A DNA stretch of 62,693 bases, filler included, from Basidiobolus ranarum (GCA_040143965.1; 36 parts of 36 records of this genome joined end to end with filler, not necessarily neighbours in it), one strand, 5' to 3'; positions 34,951 through 47,873 are shown, counted from the whole stretch's first letter. Translations and numbers: made by a program. Notes: generated by a model not told the origin, from the sequence alone.

Positions 34951-35963
34951 CTATCATCCTAAAGCTAATGGACTTGCAGAAAGATATGTTCAAACTTCTG
35001 TGAACATAATCCAAAAATCTATCAAAGGAGTCAAGAAGAATTGGGACAAGATTGCTGCACTCCATGGAGCCACTCCATTTTCACTTATGTTTGGAAGAAT
35101 GTTCAACCCACTACAGTACTATCAAGATGATGTACTCAAACCAATTGACACTGAAGACTTAGACAAATGCCTTCAATTTCTAACAGATATAGTCTACCCT
35201 GGAATCAACTCAAGAAGCAAAAGTAGTCAACAGAAGATGATATCCAAGCACACTTCTAGGCACAAGACCACTAGTTTTCCTGAAGGTTCTTTTGTCATGA
35301 CTTTAGATCCCATCCGCCAATCCAAACTTGATCCCAAGTATGAAGGTCCATTCAAGATTATCAGAAGAACCACTGGAGGATCTTATATACTTCAAGACAA
35401 CACTGGAGCCTTACTACCCAAGAACTTTGCACCATCTTCCCTTAAACTTAGTTATCACTAACTAGTTACCTGACTTTATCCAGTGACTTTATCATGTGAC
35501 TGATCACAAGACTATCTATCTATTTTCTTATCCCTTCTATCAGATCATATGACCAATCACATGTTCATTATCCAATCAGTATTAACCTATGAGTTCTCTG
35601 CCTAGACACCAGTCAATATGAGTCATAAGATTCATAACCAATGATCTTACACTGCCAAGACTTCAGCTGATACATGACTCACTTATCTATCTATCTATCT
35701 ATCCAATCACATTTTCTTTTATCAGAATTAGACATCCAATATCTTGGCGCTGACTAATTCACTTTGCTATCATAGAGTATAAATAAAGCTAACTGAACCT
35801 TTTGGTTTAATGTGTGTCTCAACAAATACAGGATCTCAACACTTCTCTGTGTTTCTCAAACAAATTCAATATTCCTCTCTCATTTCTATCCAAGCCTAGT
35901 ATCTACTAGCATCTACAGAACACCAAGCCTAGCTGCCTAGCAAACCTACTCTCTACCGTAACA
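34951..35963 (+). mobile_element. Gypsy family 2 integrase C-terminus fused to LTR family C (ends CGTAACA)
   Basis: YHPKANGLAER, TPFSLMFGR, KLDPKYEGPF, GGSYILQD; LTR part aligns with 49975-50335. The chromodomain and purine tract seen at 49680-49886 are deleted here. Confidence 0.88.
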
Positions 35964-36164
35964 TAGCAATCCATTGCTATTCCCAAGACAAATACTAGTT
36001 AGATCTGCTCTGCAGATATATCCTGCTTGAACAGTTCTAAGATTCTGCACTTAACTGTTTCTTTGGTTTAGTAAAGTTCAAGACTTTTAATCCACTTTTC
36101 TCTTGAACACAACAGTCAAGATTTCTTTGAGAACACTTGTAATCATACATTTGTATTGGTTCTG

Positions 36165-36594
36165 GATAGTTTCTCACCAAACAAATATACCATTGGAAAG
36201 GCTTGCTGACCAACAATTTTTATCAACTTAAATCTTCCTCCTTCTGAATGATAAAAGAGTTATAATATTTTGATACTATCCATCATATCTGGACCTATAT
36301 AATCATTGCTTATAGATAGCTTCTTGGAGCCTTTGATTGCGGAATTTGAATGGTTATCTAATGGGGCACAGTTGGGTGAATATTTTATTAAAGATAATAT
36401 CATTGTATGTATTGGTTACACTCCTGCCATCAGTAAACTTGGAGGTTTTCTCAGGCACAACACACTATCTTTCTGTAGAGTTTCTATACAGGCCATGACA
36501 AGCAATAATGCCACAATATTGCAATTAATGCAGCATTTGGAAGCAACTAGTCAACAGTTAGAGAGTCACTCAACAATGATACAAGACCTTCAGA
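36165..36594 (+). mobile_element. CACTA-like Tnp2 core fragment joined to an ORF2 fragment
   Basis: NLNLPPSE, DSFLEPL, TPAISKLGGF..HN...FCR, then QAMTSNNATILQL. Confidence 0.78.
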
Positions 36595-36696
36595 NNNNNN
36601 NNNNNNNNNNNNNNNNNNNNNNNNNNNNNNNNNNNNNNTTAATTAATTAANNNNNNNNNNNNNNNNNNNNNNNNNNNNNNNNNNNNNNNNNNNNCA

Positions 36697-38337
36697 AAAG
36701 TTGCTCTAGCAGCTTCTCCGGCATCAACTGGATTCTCCTTTGCCAGTAAACCAGCTGACTCACCAGAAGTTACTCCGGCATCTACTGGATTTTCTTTTGC
36801 CAGCAAGGCAGCTGACTCCTCAAAAACTTCTCCGGTATCCACTGGATCTCCTTCAACCACTAAGCCAGTCGAGTCCCCAACAACTACTCCAGCATCCGCT
36901 GGATTCTCATTTGCTACTAAGCCAGCTGATTCATCAGCAGCTCCTCCAGCGTCAACTGGGTTTTCCTTTGCTAGTAAGCCAACTGACTCTCCAGTAACTT
37001 CCCCAGCATCAACTGGATTCTCCTTTGCCAGTAAACCAGCTGACTCACCAGAAGTTGCTCCAGCATCTACTGGATTTTCTTTTGCTAGTAAGCCAACTGA
37101 CTCCTCAAAAACTTCTCCGGTATCCACTGGATCTTCTTCAACCACTAAGCCAGTCGAGTCCACAACAACTGCTCCAGCATCCACTGGATTCTCGTTTGCT
37201 ACTAAGCCAGCTGATTCATCAGCAGCTCCTCCAGCGTCAACTGGGTTTTCCTTCGCTAGTAAGCCAACTGACTCCTCAGCGGCTTCTCCAGCATCTACTG
37301 GATTCTCCTTTGCCAGTAAACCAGCTAACTCACCAGAAGTTACTCCGGCATCTACTGGATTTTCTTTTGCCAGCAAGCCAGTCGATACTTCGTCTGAAGT
37401 GAGCGCCAATGCCGCTGTAGAAGAACCTGTAGGATCCTATACAACTGTTAATAAAGCTGATTCAATCACCGAAGTTGAATGTTTGCCGGAAAAGGATGGT
37501 AGTGCGGATAACTCAAAGAAATTGGAGATAGCAGGTAACTCCGAAGTTGAATCCAAGCAATTTAATGTAAATAGAGTGGAGTTCAGCAATTCAGAAGATA
37601 AAATAGAGACAAAGCCACTTGCTGCTTCGCCAACATTCACTACACAAGACATAGAAAAAACTGAGAACAGTATCTTACCCGTAGCACCTACTACGAGCCT
37701 TCTTGAATCTGTTTCAGATAACGAGAATCAAGATGGAACGAAAGAAACTGCCAACTTTTCCAGCGACATGTACGCAGAAAAAGAAGAGGTCAGTGACGAT
37801 AGCATGATGTCCGACGAAGATTCACCACAAGATGCTTTGAATCTGGACAGTATCAATATTTGTGAGCCAACTAGAGATGAAAAGACTTCACCAGCCTTTG
37901 GTATAGGGAATGCGATATTTGGATCGACATTTACTTCTTCTACTCCAACATCGAATACCTTCGGCTCTAGTACTGCTGCACCCGCCTTTGGTTCGACTAC
38001 GTCATTTGGCTCTGCTACACCAACTAGTAAGCCATCGACTTTTGGCCTTAGTACTGCTACACCCGCCTTTGGCTCAACTACATCATTTGGTTCTGCTACA
38101 TCCCTCACCTCTCCTTCTAGTACTCCGACTTTCGGGTCGACTACTTTTGGCTCTACCGCTCCTGCCTTTAGTTCTGTCACACCTAGTGCACCAGCCTTCG
38201 GCTCATCTACTCCTCTTGGATCAAATGTGTCTACTTTTGGGACTAGCAGTTCTTTCGGATCTAGTACACCTACCTTTGGTTCTAACACTTCCTTTGGGAC
38301 AGCAGCACCTGCATTTGGCTCTACCACTACTATAGGT
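36697..38337 (+). CDS. FG-repeat nucleoporin, internal fragment (Nup159/Nup214- or Nup1/Nup153-like)
   Basis: One frame open across the whole contig: 19-aa PASTGFSFASKP repeats, acidic spacer, then PAFG/TFG/SFG repeats. Confidence 0.8.
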
Positions 38338-38437
38338 NNNNNNNNNNNNNNNNNNNNNNNNNNNNNNNNNNNNNNNNNNNNTTAATTAATTAANNNNNNN
38401 NNNNNNNNNNNNNNNNNNNNNNNNNNNNNNNNNNNNN

Positions 38438-38635
38438 TTATGTTTCATCTTGCAATATCTATATAAGTCCCATGTATTCCTTGATCAGACCTCAGTCTGA
38501 TCAACACCAGTTATCAATAAAGATTCTTGCCAAAGTATCTTCCTTGTCTTGTCTTGTGGTCTACACCCAAGTACTCTCCTGCCTTCTAGCCTCTTGTCAT
38601 TGCTTCCAGTCCTTGTCCAGTTCCTTATTGTGACA
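38438..38635 (+). repeat. LTR family D 3' portion
   Basis: Matches 26226-26419; ends TGTGACA. Confidence 0.85.
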
Positions 38636-39969
38636 TCCAGAGCCAATACAAATGCATGATCATATATGTTCTCAAAGAAAGCTTGACTTTTCAGATTCTG
38701 GTGGTGATATCCATCCAGTATATTGGTAATACCATCAGCTTTGTGATGAGTACTTTGAAATTGGATCAATGATCTATATTTGGGTGATCTCATTAAAACT
38801 TCAAGATGTGGAATCAATGGTATACAAGCCAAATATGAATCATATATACCTGATTTAGTGATTTCCAATTGAGTGGAAATAGTACATGACTTCAGGTTCT
38901 TCAGATCCCCAGTCAAAGCCAAACAACCATTTAGACATGAAGGTAGTTTAATTACTGAAGGATTATAAGTCATATTATTGACAAGTGTTTTCCACTTGTA
39001 CAAGGTCTGTAGCAAGCAACAGTTGCCTATCAAATGTGGTAAAAGGGTATGAAAACCAATAAACACCTGGTTGCTAAGATTGGAGTGAACTCTCTACTCC
39101 TCAATAATCTAAGCTGCTTCCTTTACGGTAAGTGTTATGAGTGGCCTAATGTTTGCCAATAACAAAGAGTCTGTAACAACACCATCATCTTCTTTTTCAA
39201 CTTCTGATATACTACCATTGGTACTGGAATTACCAAGGTAAACATCTAGAAGCAAGTCCTCAAAGCTGGCTGGACTTACTGGTTTGGCCAATGTTGCATT
39301 TCTACCCTTGTTATTCTGGTCATAAAAATGCGGTAACTTCATGATGTCTTGACTTTTGGCAGTGTTATCAAAACTTTGAGACCAAGTAAAATGAGCGTAC
39401 TTCATGGGCAGAACTAAAGTTAATTTGGTGTACTTATGACTGTTGTTATACACCAGGCTTTGTGCAGCTGGTGGCTTTGTACAGTGACTGTGCTTGTGAT
39501 TATTGTTTCTATGAGGCCTCCAGCTTTCATAGCACAAGAATTTGTGAGAATAATAGTTAGGCTTCTTTAAACATTTGTGTTGTGGCATGAGAAGGAAATT
39601 GTAGAAAAAAGAACACCTCCTGTGTAAGGGTGGTATTTTAGGTATAGCCCATCAATATCATCAGCAGATTCCAAGATGGTGTCATAGATGAGTCATCAGG
39701 GGATTTACAAGATATTTCCAGTAATGGATGGCAATGTTGGTTTATTAAAAATGTTTCTAAGCAATTTCATTACACCAAGGTTACCATCTGAAAATGTCAA
39801 TGCCATTCAAACAAAATTCAAAATCTAACTAAAAATTGGCTTCCAAGCCAAAGCCTGCTGGCATGACAGGAAAAAATCCAGCAAGAACTGAAGTCTGAGT
39901 TGATGAGTAGTATAGCAATTGACTATCCACTTTGGAAGGTATTAACATGTGGAAACTAACTCAAGTAAT
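38636..39969 (-). mobile_element. CACTA-like transposase 5' half (ATG 39588) with divergent ORF2 start
   Basis: Reverse copy of 12370-13580 extending to ILDGYH...ALD. Confidence 0.82.
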
Positions 39970-40079
39970 GGACTTGTTCCATTGTGCCAAGATTTATCGG
40001 ACCTTGGATCAATATATTAGAGTAAATGTGATTGAAATTGATCATGCCAGAGGGTGATGGATAGTGCCAAATTGTGCCG
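39970..40079 (+). mobile_element. Probable left end of the DDE_Tnp_4 element
   Basis: Starts GGACTTGTTCCATT, the inverted form of the end at 10773-10786; shares ATGGATAGTGCC. Confidence 0.55.
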
Positions 40080-40180
40080 NNNNNNNNNNNNNNNNNNNNN
40101 NNNNNNNNNNNNNNNNNNNNNNNTTAATTAATTAANNNNNNNNNNNNNNNNNNNNNNNNNNNNNNNNNNNNNNNNNNNNT

Positions 40181-40258
40181 CGTGTCTCTAGAATCGATGA
40201 TGCCTATGGTGACCGTAACCTCATTTGCTCTTGCCCACCAGTCAGCGATTACGAGTAA
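40181..40258 (+). CDS. GCV2: Glycine decarboxylase (glycine cleavage P-protein) C-terminus, copy 1
   Basis: VSRIDDAYGDRNLICSCPPVSDYE* is the conserved GcvP/GLDC C-terminal motif. Confidence 0.92.
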   Translation, partial: RVSRIDDAYGDRNLICSCPPVSDYE

Positions 40259-40785
40259 AGCATTATTAATCTAAGGTGATTAGAATATGAAAGCATAACT
40301 TAGGGACTTTTACCATTCATTTCATAATTTACCGAATCATTGTACAGAAAGTCACATTTCCATAACATATGCAAACCATCTATATTTCAAGAAATTTATT
40401 TTAATAATAAAATAAATAATAACTACTTATTTAACCTAACTCCGGAATGTAAACTTCCTTTATATCCATTTTCATAAACTAAATCGCGGAGATACGGGAA
40501 TCATTTTAACTGGATCCTTCTGTTGGTATTTTCCAAATGGCTATCATGGCATATCAACATGTGTTCACTGCTGATAAACACCAATGATATCATTGCATCA
40601 TGCTGATCTAAGTTCGCACTTTAATTGCTCACGATGTAAGTCAAATTACCTAACAGGTCATGATATAGGTTTTTCCATTACCAATACTGAATCCAACGGA
40701 GGATACTCATTGGGCTAGGTGACGTCAAGATGAAAATGCCAAGTAAGCTAACCATTTTGGATCATTGATTTGGCGATTTTCAAGA

Positions 40786-40793
40786 TATATAAA
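40786..40793 (+). promoter_or_regulatory. TATA box of the synaptobrevin gene
   Basis: TATATAAA 47 bp upstream of the predicted start. Confidence 0.55.
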
Positions 40794-40832
40794 CAACAAG
40801 TCGACTAGGCATCACGGAAAATCTATTTCAAC

Positions 40833-41436
40833 ATGTAAGTTTACTCCCATCCATTCCCCTCTTCTTTCAATTCACTAATAAAATTACTTAGGTCTTACGA
40901 TCCTAGTGTCTCTATGAACAGCGGTCATCAATATGACCCTACTTCAACGTCTATCCCTACCTACAACAACAACACAGTCAGACAACCTGAGAATGAACGT
41001 ACCAAAATGGTGCAAAAGCAAGTGGACGAAGTAGTTAATATAATGCAAGACAATATCAACAACGTGATGGATCGCGGTGAGAAGCTTGAGAGTCTGAATC
41101 ACAAAGCGGGTAAGTGCTAGTAATGTTGAATTGACCGGCGACACGTTAATAACATAGTTCTAGATGATCTGGAAATGGGATCCCGTCAATTTAAACGTAG
41201 TGCCCATGGTGTTAGAAAGAAGATGTGGTGGAAGAACATGAAAATGAGACTGGCAGTCATTGCTCTCTTGATCATAATATTGATCTGTATCATTGGTAAG
41301 CCTTATTCATCTTTTGCTTTCTCTTTTTGACGCGAAATCTAATCGGCTTATTATAGTTCCAATTGTTGTGAAAGTAAAGAGGTCTAATCACTCTTCCTCA
41401 TCTGCGCCTGTACCTACACCATCCCCAACACCTTAA
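40833..41436 (+). CDS. Synaptobrevin/VAMP R-SNARE (Snc1/2-like), 4 exons: 40833-40834, 40892-41109, 41164-41295, 41357-41436
   Basis: QKQVDEVVNIMQDNINNVMDRGEKL (zero-layer Arg), F.R.A..VRKKMWWKNMK, transmembrane helix. Three GTAAG..TAG introns restore the frame. Confidence 0.93.
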
Positions 41437-41742
41437 ACCTTGTCCATATTAATTTTATAATGATTGGTTTATCTGTAACTATATCCGTATCTATAAATAA
41501 CTGTTTTTCGTGACCGTTTCGTTGCTTTGTTTCGGTTAGTCTTCAGTTAACTTAATAATAAATCAATATACGTAACAGAATTGGAGAGTGCTATTTTATT
41601 GAATACTGATGTAATTAACTGTAACGATGCATAATGAACAGATTTCTATTTGGGAAATATGTGTGCATGAGTATATGGAATATCTTATTTGTTCAAGGTG
41701 ATGATGATTGAATTATGCTGAGAATGGTCGGTATGTTGAAAT

Positions 41743-41820
41743 TTACTCGTAATCACTAACTGGTGGGCAAGAGCAAATGAGGTTACGGTCACCATAGGCA
41801 TCATCAATTCTGGAGACGCT
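41743..41820 (-). CDS. GCV2: Glycine decarboxylase C-terminus, copy 2
   Basis: Reverse strand SVSRIDDAYGDRNLICSCPPVSDYE*. Confidence 0.92.
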   Translation of the reverse strand, partial: SVSRIDDAYGDRNLICSCPPVSDYE

Positions 41821-43440
41821 GNNNNNNNNNNNNNNNNNNNNNNNNNNNNNNNNNNNNNNNNNNNNTTAATTAATTAANNNNNNNNNNNNNNNNNNNNNNN
41901 NNNNNNNNNNNNNNNNNNNNNTCTCCCTTCAGACAATCTCTGGTGAGAGTTCACAAGATATTTTACAGAGGTTGGGTTGTTACGTGCATCTGATCCTGTT
42001 ATATATTACTCAGACCCCGCATATATATATGTTCGAAGATTATAATAATCAAGGTGTATTCGACCGAATGAGTCTAACGATAAACCGTGTCTTAAATGTA
42101 TCACATACATTTAAACTTGTCAAGATTCATATCTTAGACATATCATGGATAACAGTAGCATATCCATAACATTGCATGTTGATGACATGGACACGGTATT
42201 AAACCATGTACATAGAGTAAAAATATGGGATATGCAATACGCTGCTCGATTGGAATGCACGGTTGAATATGATCTCAAGATAAGAAAAAAGCTGTTTATG
42301 CCTTGAATGTCTGGATACCCGGTAGAGGTGGTGCATTCTCAAGAAACAATGTATACCTCAAATATTGTGAGTATTCAAACTTACGTTGAAGATGGGGTTC
42401 TAGTACAGATATTGATGTAGGCAAATGCATGCCTTTCTAAACTTGATAAATATAGATGATTTCACTGAATTCAAACTCAGCAGAAAAACAAGGCATGTGA
42501 TAATTGCTACACTACCTTTTTAAACCCAATTCTTATCAAGTAGCTAGTTTTCGTGCTGTTTTGTAACATGGGAACATCATGTAGGCCATCCAAATGCCAC
42601 CATTGATACAGCACCTATTGCTGTTGAAGTATAGTTAAGGATCTAAATATAATGCAGACACTGCCCTTCACTAGAGCCACTATGAGCATTGATCTAAAAG
42701 GTGAATGGAGAAAGAATAACTGATGTAGCACAGGATCTCGTGTGGGTATGACTGTTCAGTAACTAATCAGAGATTCTATCTGCATATATGTATGGTCAAG
42801 TTGAGACCAATCCATAGAAACAACTCTAACTATACCTTAGTTATATGTTTCATCAAGCTAGGGGTTGACCAACCTCGACTACAGAATTATATTAGCAATA
42901 AAGATTGATCAGGCCAGACTGTGCTTGGGAACACAAAACGGGCCACCTATAGCTCATATACCGGCATCGGAACTGAAGTAGAGCACTATTCGTCATATAT
43001 ACAGCATAATCGATATCTTGGTAGTGAAATGGCAAAAGACATATTTCATCAACATTAATGAAATTCATATTGATCCCAGTTATCCCCAGATTACAGCCTT
43101 ACCGGGGACTTTCTTCTTTTCTACTATACGCATGGCCATTTACTTCTGAAACACCTCCAGAAACTTCTACACATGCACATACAGGCAGAAGAGTCGAGAA
43201 ATCAAAGCGTTTAAGGTTTGAGATGTATGACTGGCATCAACTTCGACGTCAATGGATGATAGTGCCAGTGGATGTCTTAATTCTGAACTAATTAAAGGAA
43301 CCTCGCTTATGCCAAATCTCGCAGAGAAATTAATCCAGAACCTAGAGATTGCAGAATTACAGGAATCGGGTTTTCATAATGTTTCGTGGGTTAGCTCATT
43401 CTCAGTAAATATCACTTAATCTGGTGGGTTCTGTAGTAAA

Positions 43441-43562
43441 GCAAAATAATTGTCACCGCGATCATCTAATTGTGTATGGTGTGACTCAACCAAACATTCC
43501 AAGAAGGACTGTCCTGAATTGAATGAACTACTTGACAAAGGAGAGCTCCAATTGGACTCAAG
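43441..43562 (+). pseudogene. Gag-like zinc knuckle remnant
   Basis: CVWCDSTKHSKKDC (CX2CX4HX4C) at 43471-43512. Confidence 0.6.
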
Positions 43563-44289
43563 NNNNNNNNNNNNNNNNNNNNNNNNNNNNNNNNNNNNNN
43601 NNNNNNTTAATTAATTAANNNNNNNNNNNNNNNNNNNNNNNNNNNNNNNNNNNNNNNNNNNNCAGAAATATCGTTTGTTAATTTGTTGGGTACCGAAGAG
43701 GTATTTCCATCGGTTTTGTTGCCATTTGGTGCTGCCTTCGAGTCGGAAACCTTGGACAGATTTGTAGGTATGAATCTCAGTTTGCTATTCCCCTTCTTTG
43801 TAACATGCCTAACAAGCATATATCTGAATTGCTTAACTTCTTGAGGGCTGTTGTTGCCACTGCAAATCTAGAAAGTAGCAAGTCTCTCTGGAGTTACTCT
43901 GATGCTAACATTGTTGTCTAGTGGCTCTCTTTCCAGATTGGCTGGTCTTTTTCTATCAGTAAGTGCTTCAAGGGAAGGTTTTACTTTAGTAGCAACTGTT
44001 TTGCACTAGGTCCTAACAATGGCTTCTTATATTCTAGGTCCTAAAGCTGCCCCCCAAGCTAAGTTTTGGTTGAATAAATAAAGTATTTGGTAGTGATTAT
44101 ATTTGCTGATGGAGCTTCCATACTCTGGTTGAGTTCTATGGTCAGAAGCTGGTGCTTCACAAAAGTTAGCAAGTAGTACTGTGTTGCTTCCATGAATGTT
44201 GCACCAAACAGATTCATTGGGTTTATTCATTACTGTTACTTTTACTTATGACTCCCAAGGTCGTCAAAGCAGTAGGTAGAAGTTTGTAA

Positions 44290-45303
44290 GGTGTAGGATT
44301 GATTCAAATCTTGTATGAGAATGGATGAAGGGAGCAGCATTTTGCTGTAGATCAAGTGTGGCATTCTGAAGTTCTTCTATCATTTCTGAGAGACTGTCTA
44401 GCTATTGACTAGTTCTTTCACAATGCTGCATTAATGGTAATATTGTAGCATTATTGCTTGTTAGGGCCTGCATAACAACTTAATATTTTTTCTTTATGAT
44501 TACAACAAATTATTATGGTGTTTTGCCTGAAATTCCTTTGTTCTAATAACTCTATCTAAATGTTATAGAGTGGTATGTGACATAATTGGCAAAGTTGCCA
44601 TTTGGGAAGCTGATGGTCTTGATGGTGTTTCTGTTAAACTTTGCTCAACTATTGCTTTTATAAAAAATTCGGGGATTCTGATCTCTTGACTTGCACTATT
44701 GCTGGAAAGAAATACATCTGGTCAATGTGTTAATACTTCATGATTACTTGAGTTAGTTTCCAGCATGTTAATGCCTTTTAAAGTAGATAGTTGCTTACTA
44801 GATTGCTCATCAATTAAGTCCTCAGTTCTGGCTGGTTTTTTTCTTTTGTGCCAGCAAGCTTTTGCCTGGAACTCAATTTTGTTTAGATTTGAAAGCATTT
44901 TGAATGGTATTGAAAATTTCAAGTTGTAAACTTGGTGTATAGAAATTGATCAGAAACTGCTTACAACAAACTAAAATTGCCATTCGTTACTGGAAATGTC
45001 TTGTAAATACCCTGTTCACTCATCTGTGACATCTTCTTTGAATTAGCTGATAATATTGAAGAGATATACCTAAAATACTACCATTATGTAGCAGGTGACC
45101 TTTGTTCTACAATATTGTTCTCATGACACAGCCCACATATTCAAAGAAGCACTATACTTTAATTCTTGTGTTACAAAAGCCAGAGGACTCATAGAAAAAG
45201 TAAACACAAGCACATTCACTGTACAAAGCCACCAGCTACTGAATGCCCAGTAGACTTCAACAGTAATAAGTACAGAAAATCAACTTTAGTTCTGCCCACT
45301 TTG
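44290..45303. mobile_element. CACTA-like ORF2 5' half (minus) and transposase start (plus)
   Basis: Bridges sequence at 11985-12147 with 12248-12940. Confidence 0.78.
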
Positions 45304-45403
45304 NNNNNNNNNNNNNNNNNNNNNNNNNNNNNNNNNNNNNNNNNNNNTTAATTAATTAANNNNNNNNNNNNNNNNNNNNNNNNNNNNNNNNNNNNNNNNN
45401 NNN

Positions 45404-45829
45404 GCTAAACCCAACTCCTCATTTCTTGAGCCTTTAAATAGAGAATATGGTCATGTACTGGAAGAAAAGCGTGACTTTGTCCGAGTTCAATCTACCATGC
45501 AACTGGAATCTTCCGAACTTTCTCACATTTTTGCTGTTGGAGATGTTTGCAATGGATGGAGTGAGAAAATTGCGGGTGTAGCTTACGGACAAGGAACTAT
45601 TGCCTCAGAAAACATCTTTAAATTAATTCTCGAACGAGTTGGCAGACCTTCTCAAAAACTGAGTACTTTCAAGCCTCCTAGACAAATGATTTCATTTAGT
45701 ATTGGACGTACTGGAGGTGTTACACAAGTGGGTTTCATTGTGGTAGGCGATTTTCTTACCAGTAAATTCAAGAAGGATGCTGGTGTTCCTCGATTCTGGA
45801 AGTATTTCGGTTATGAGCTATCTGATTAG
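45404..45829 (+). CDS. AIF/AMID(FSP1)-like FAD-dependent oxidoreductase, C-terminal part
   Basis: KPNSSFL...VRVQSTMQL...HIFAVGDV...GQG.IA.ENI...SIGR.GG; frame open from the contig edge. Confidence 0.85.
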   Translation, partial: AKPNSSFLEPLNREYGHVLEEKRDFVRVQSTMQLESSELSHIFAVGDVCNGWSEKIAGVAYGQGTIASENIFKLILERVGRPSQKLSTFKPPRQMISFSIGRTGGVTQVGFIVVGDFLTSKFKKDAGVPRFWKYFGYELSD

Positions 45830-47873
45830 TGGTTCAATCCTCCTTAATTTACAATAACTATTGCTAGATCTTAAATATGTATATCCTTATCGGGTCGAGA
45901 GACTCTTGTTAGTTTAAACTGTTTTTTCAAGAAGATTTGTCGATAAGAGTATCATTTGTTTAGACAAGAGTGTACATGACATATGCTGATCTTCTTGGGA
46001 AAGGTTTACTACAACTAAACCCTGCTTTCCATCATTGAGGTTACAACGCTAGTAGGCCTCCTTTATCTAAAGGATTAAGCCTATTATTCAATTAAAGATT
46101 AACTTCCATTAGTGATATTTTGTTCCCAGTACTCTCAGTGTAATATTTCGCAGTAACAAGACCCACTAACAGAAATAATACGCTAACCTCATGTAGTAAG
46201 GAATTCTGCTTGATGGTTAGACGCTTGAGTGTTCCTAATGCAGATATTTCTCGAAGTTTACTATGTTGAAAACATCTGAATGTGGGTGCGAGCTGTTAGG
46301 AGTCCCTCAAAATAATAGTAGCAGGAATTTTTACTATTAAAATTAGAAGGCTTTGTGAGTAATAGAAAATCGTAGTATCTTCAAAGACTAGGGTTATTTT
46401 AAGTAACCAACTGGCACTAGTAAGGTTCTCAATTTGTCGTCAAGTATCTTATACCACTAGTAGATATATTTTGAAGTTGAAAATAGAAATGTGCTAAGTT
46501 AAAGGATGTATGGGCCAAGCCTAGAATTTGAATAATTGTACTACTTCGAGGCTACCATATATAACAGTTAGATAGTAAGACAAGGGATCTATCGTCTCTT
46601 GGCCAATCTGCCTAATAATATTCATAAAAATAATTATGTAATAATCATTAGCCTAAATGAGGGTTACTCTATTTTGAATTAGTATGACTTTTTTTATTGC
46701 AACCCAGCACAGGGTAAAGCTTACCTTTCAATAGCGATATTCAGGGACACCAAGTGTCACTGATTCAGATCACTTTTAAGCAGGGCCTTAGAGCGTATGT
46801 GTCAAACACCTTTTGATAGGCTTTCTGTTTTGTTGTATTGGAAACTCGATACGCTTAGAAGTGTGATCCTGTCTAACAAATAAGTATGCTTATCGTGAAA
46901 ATTCCCAAGAACTTTATGCACGAGTGGTGGCCTAATTTGCTCTGGGTCCTAGATTTCACCAAGCGATCAGCCAACACTATCAAATCCTTTTTACAACGTT
47001 TTTCATCTCTGCCGCTTCATTTCCGAGAGTCCTTACTTGATGAGNNNNNNNNNNNNNNNNNNNNNNNNNNNNNNNNNNNNNNNNNNNNTTAATTAATTAA
47101 NNNNNNNNNNNNNNNNNNNNNNNNNNNNNNNNNNNNNNNNNNNNGAGTTGTTAATGGGTGATTGTAGTTTAATATCCCACGTGGGTAAAATATATCGCAC
47201 TTTTGAAAAAATCTATGCAATTTCAAATTGGCCTTCTATTCAGAGAAATTTCCGATTTTTCATAACAATCCTTGGATGCAATTGACATTCGTTTAGGATA
47301 GTTACCATTTACCAGCACAAGGAAAATGTACCTGTTCCCTGATCCAAAAGCCTTGACAATTGACCAGCCTTCTCATTGTCAATAGAGTAAAATCAATTCC
47401 ATTCTTCGGCAATCAGATGCTTGTTTGTAAAATATCCGATATTGAAGAGATGTGAGAAACTCCAGTGCCTTAGTGTTTGGCTCTTAATCATCCAGATTCG
47501 TTCGTTCGAATTACTGTCGTCTACGGATACCCACTTACTATTCATCTCTATTGTGAACAACCGATGAGATCCTGAGGTTACGGATTTGATTAAAATAGGG
47601 GTATTCGATACTCTGGCTAGTCAATGTAATCCTGGAATCACTACACCGGTTGTTAGCCTGGCCCTGGGGAGAGAGAAGGGGTTGTAGTGTAGCTTTGGCG
47701 AGCTCATGGACGTTAAATTCGAGTGAATTTATACCACACATAGCCACCTGTCTCTAGGCACTTATAAATCCAGTTGATCCGCTCTTTCTTTTCACCTATC
47801 TTCTCATCCACAATCATTGAATTTCTAAGATTCTCATCTCTCTTTTGTTATACTTACAGAAAGTACATACACT

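Noticed and set aside
36639-38327. Minus-strand repeat ORFs (LAKENPVDAG; VEPKAG)
   Set aside because: Antisense shadows of the nucleoporin-like frame.
43663-44280. Possible gag-like remnant (WCNIHG)
   Set aside because: Motif incomplete and frames broken; identity not supportable.
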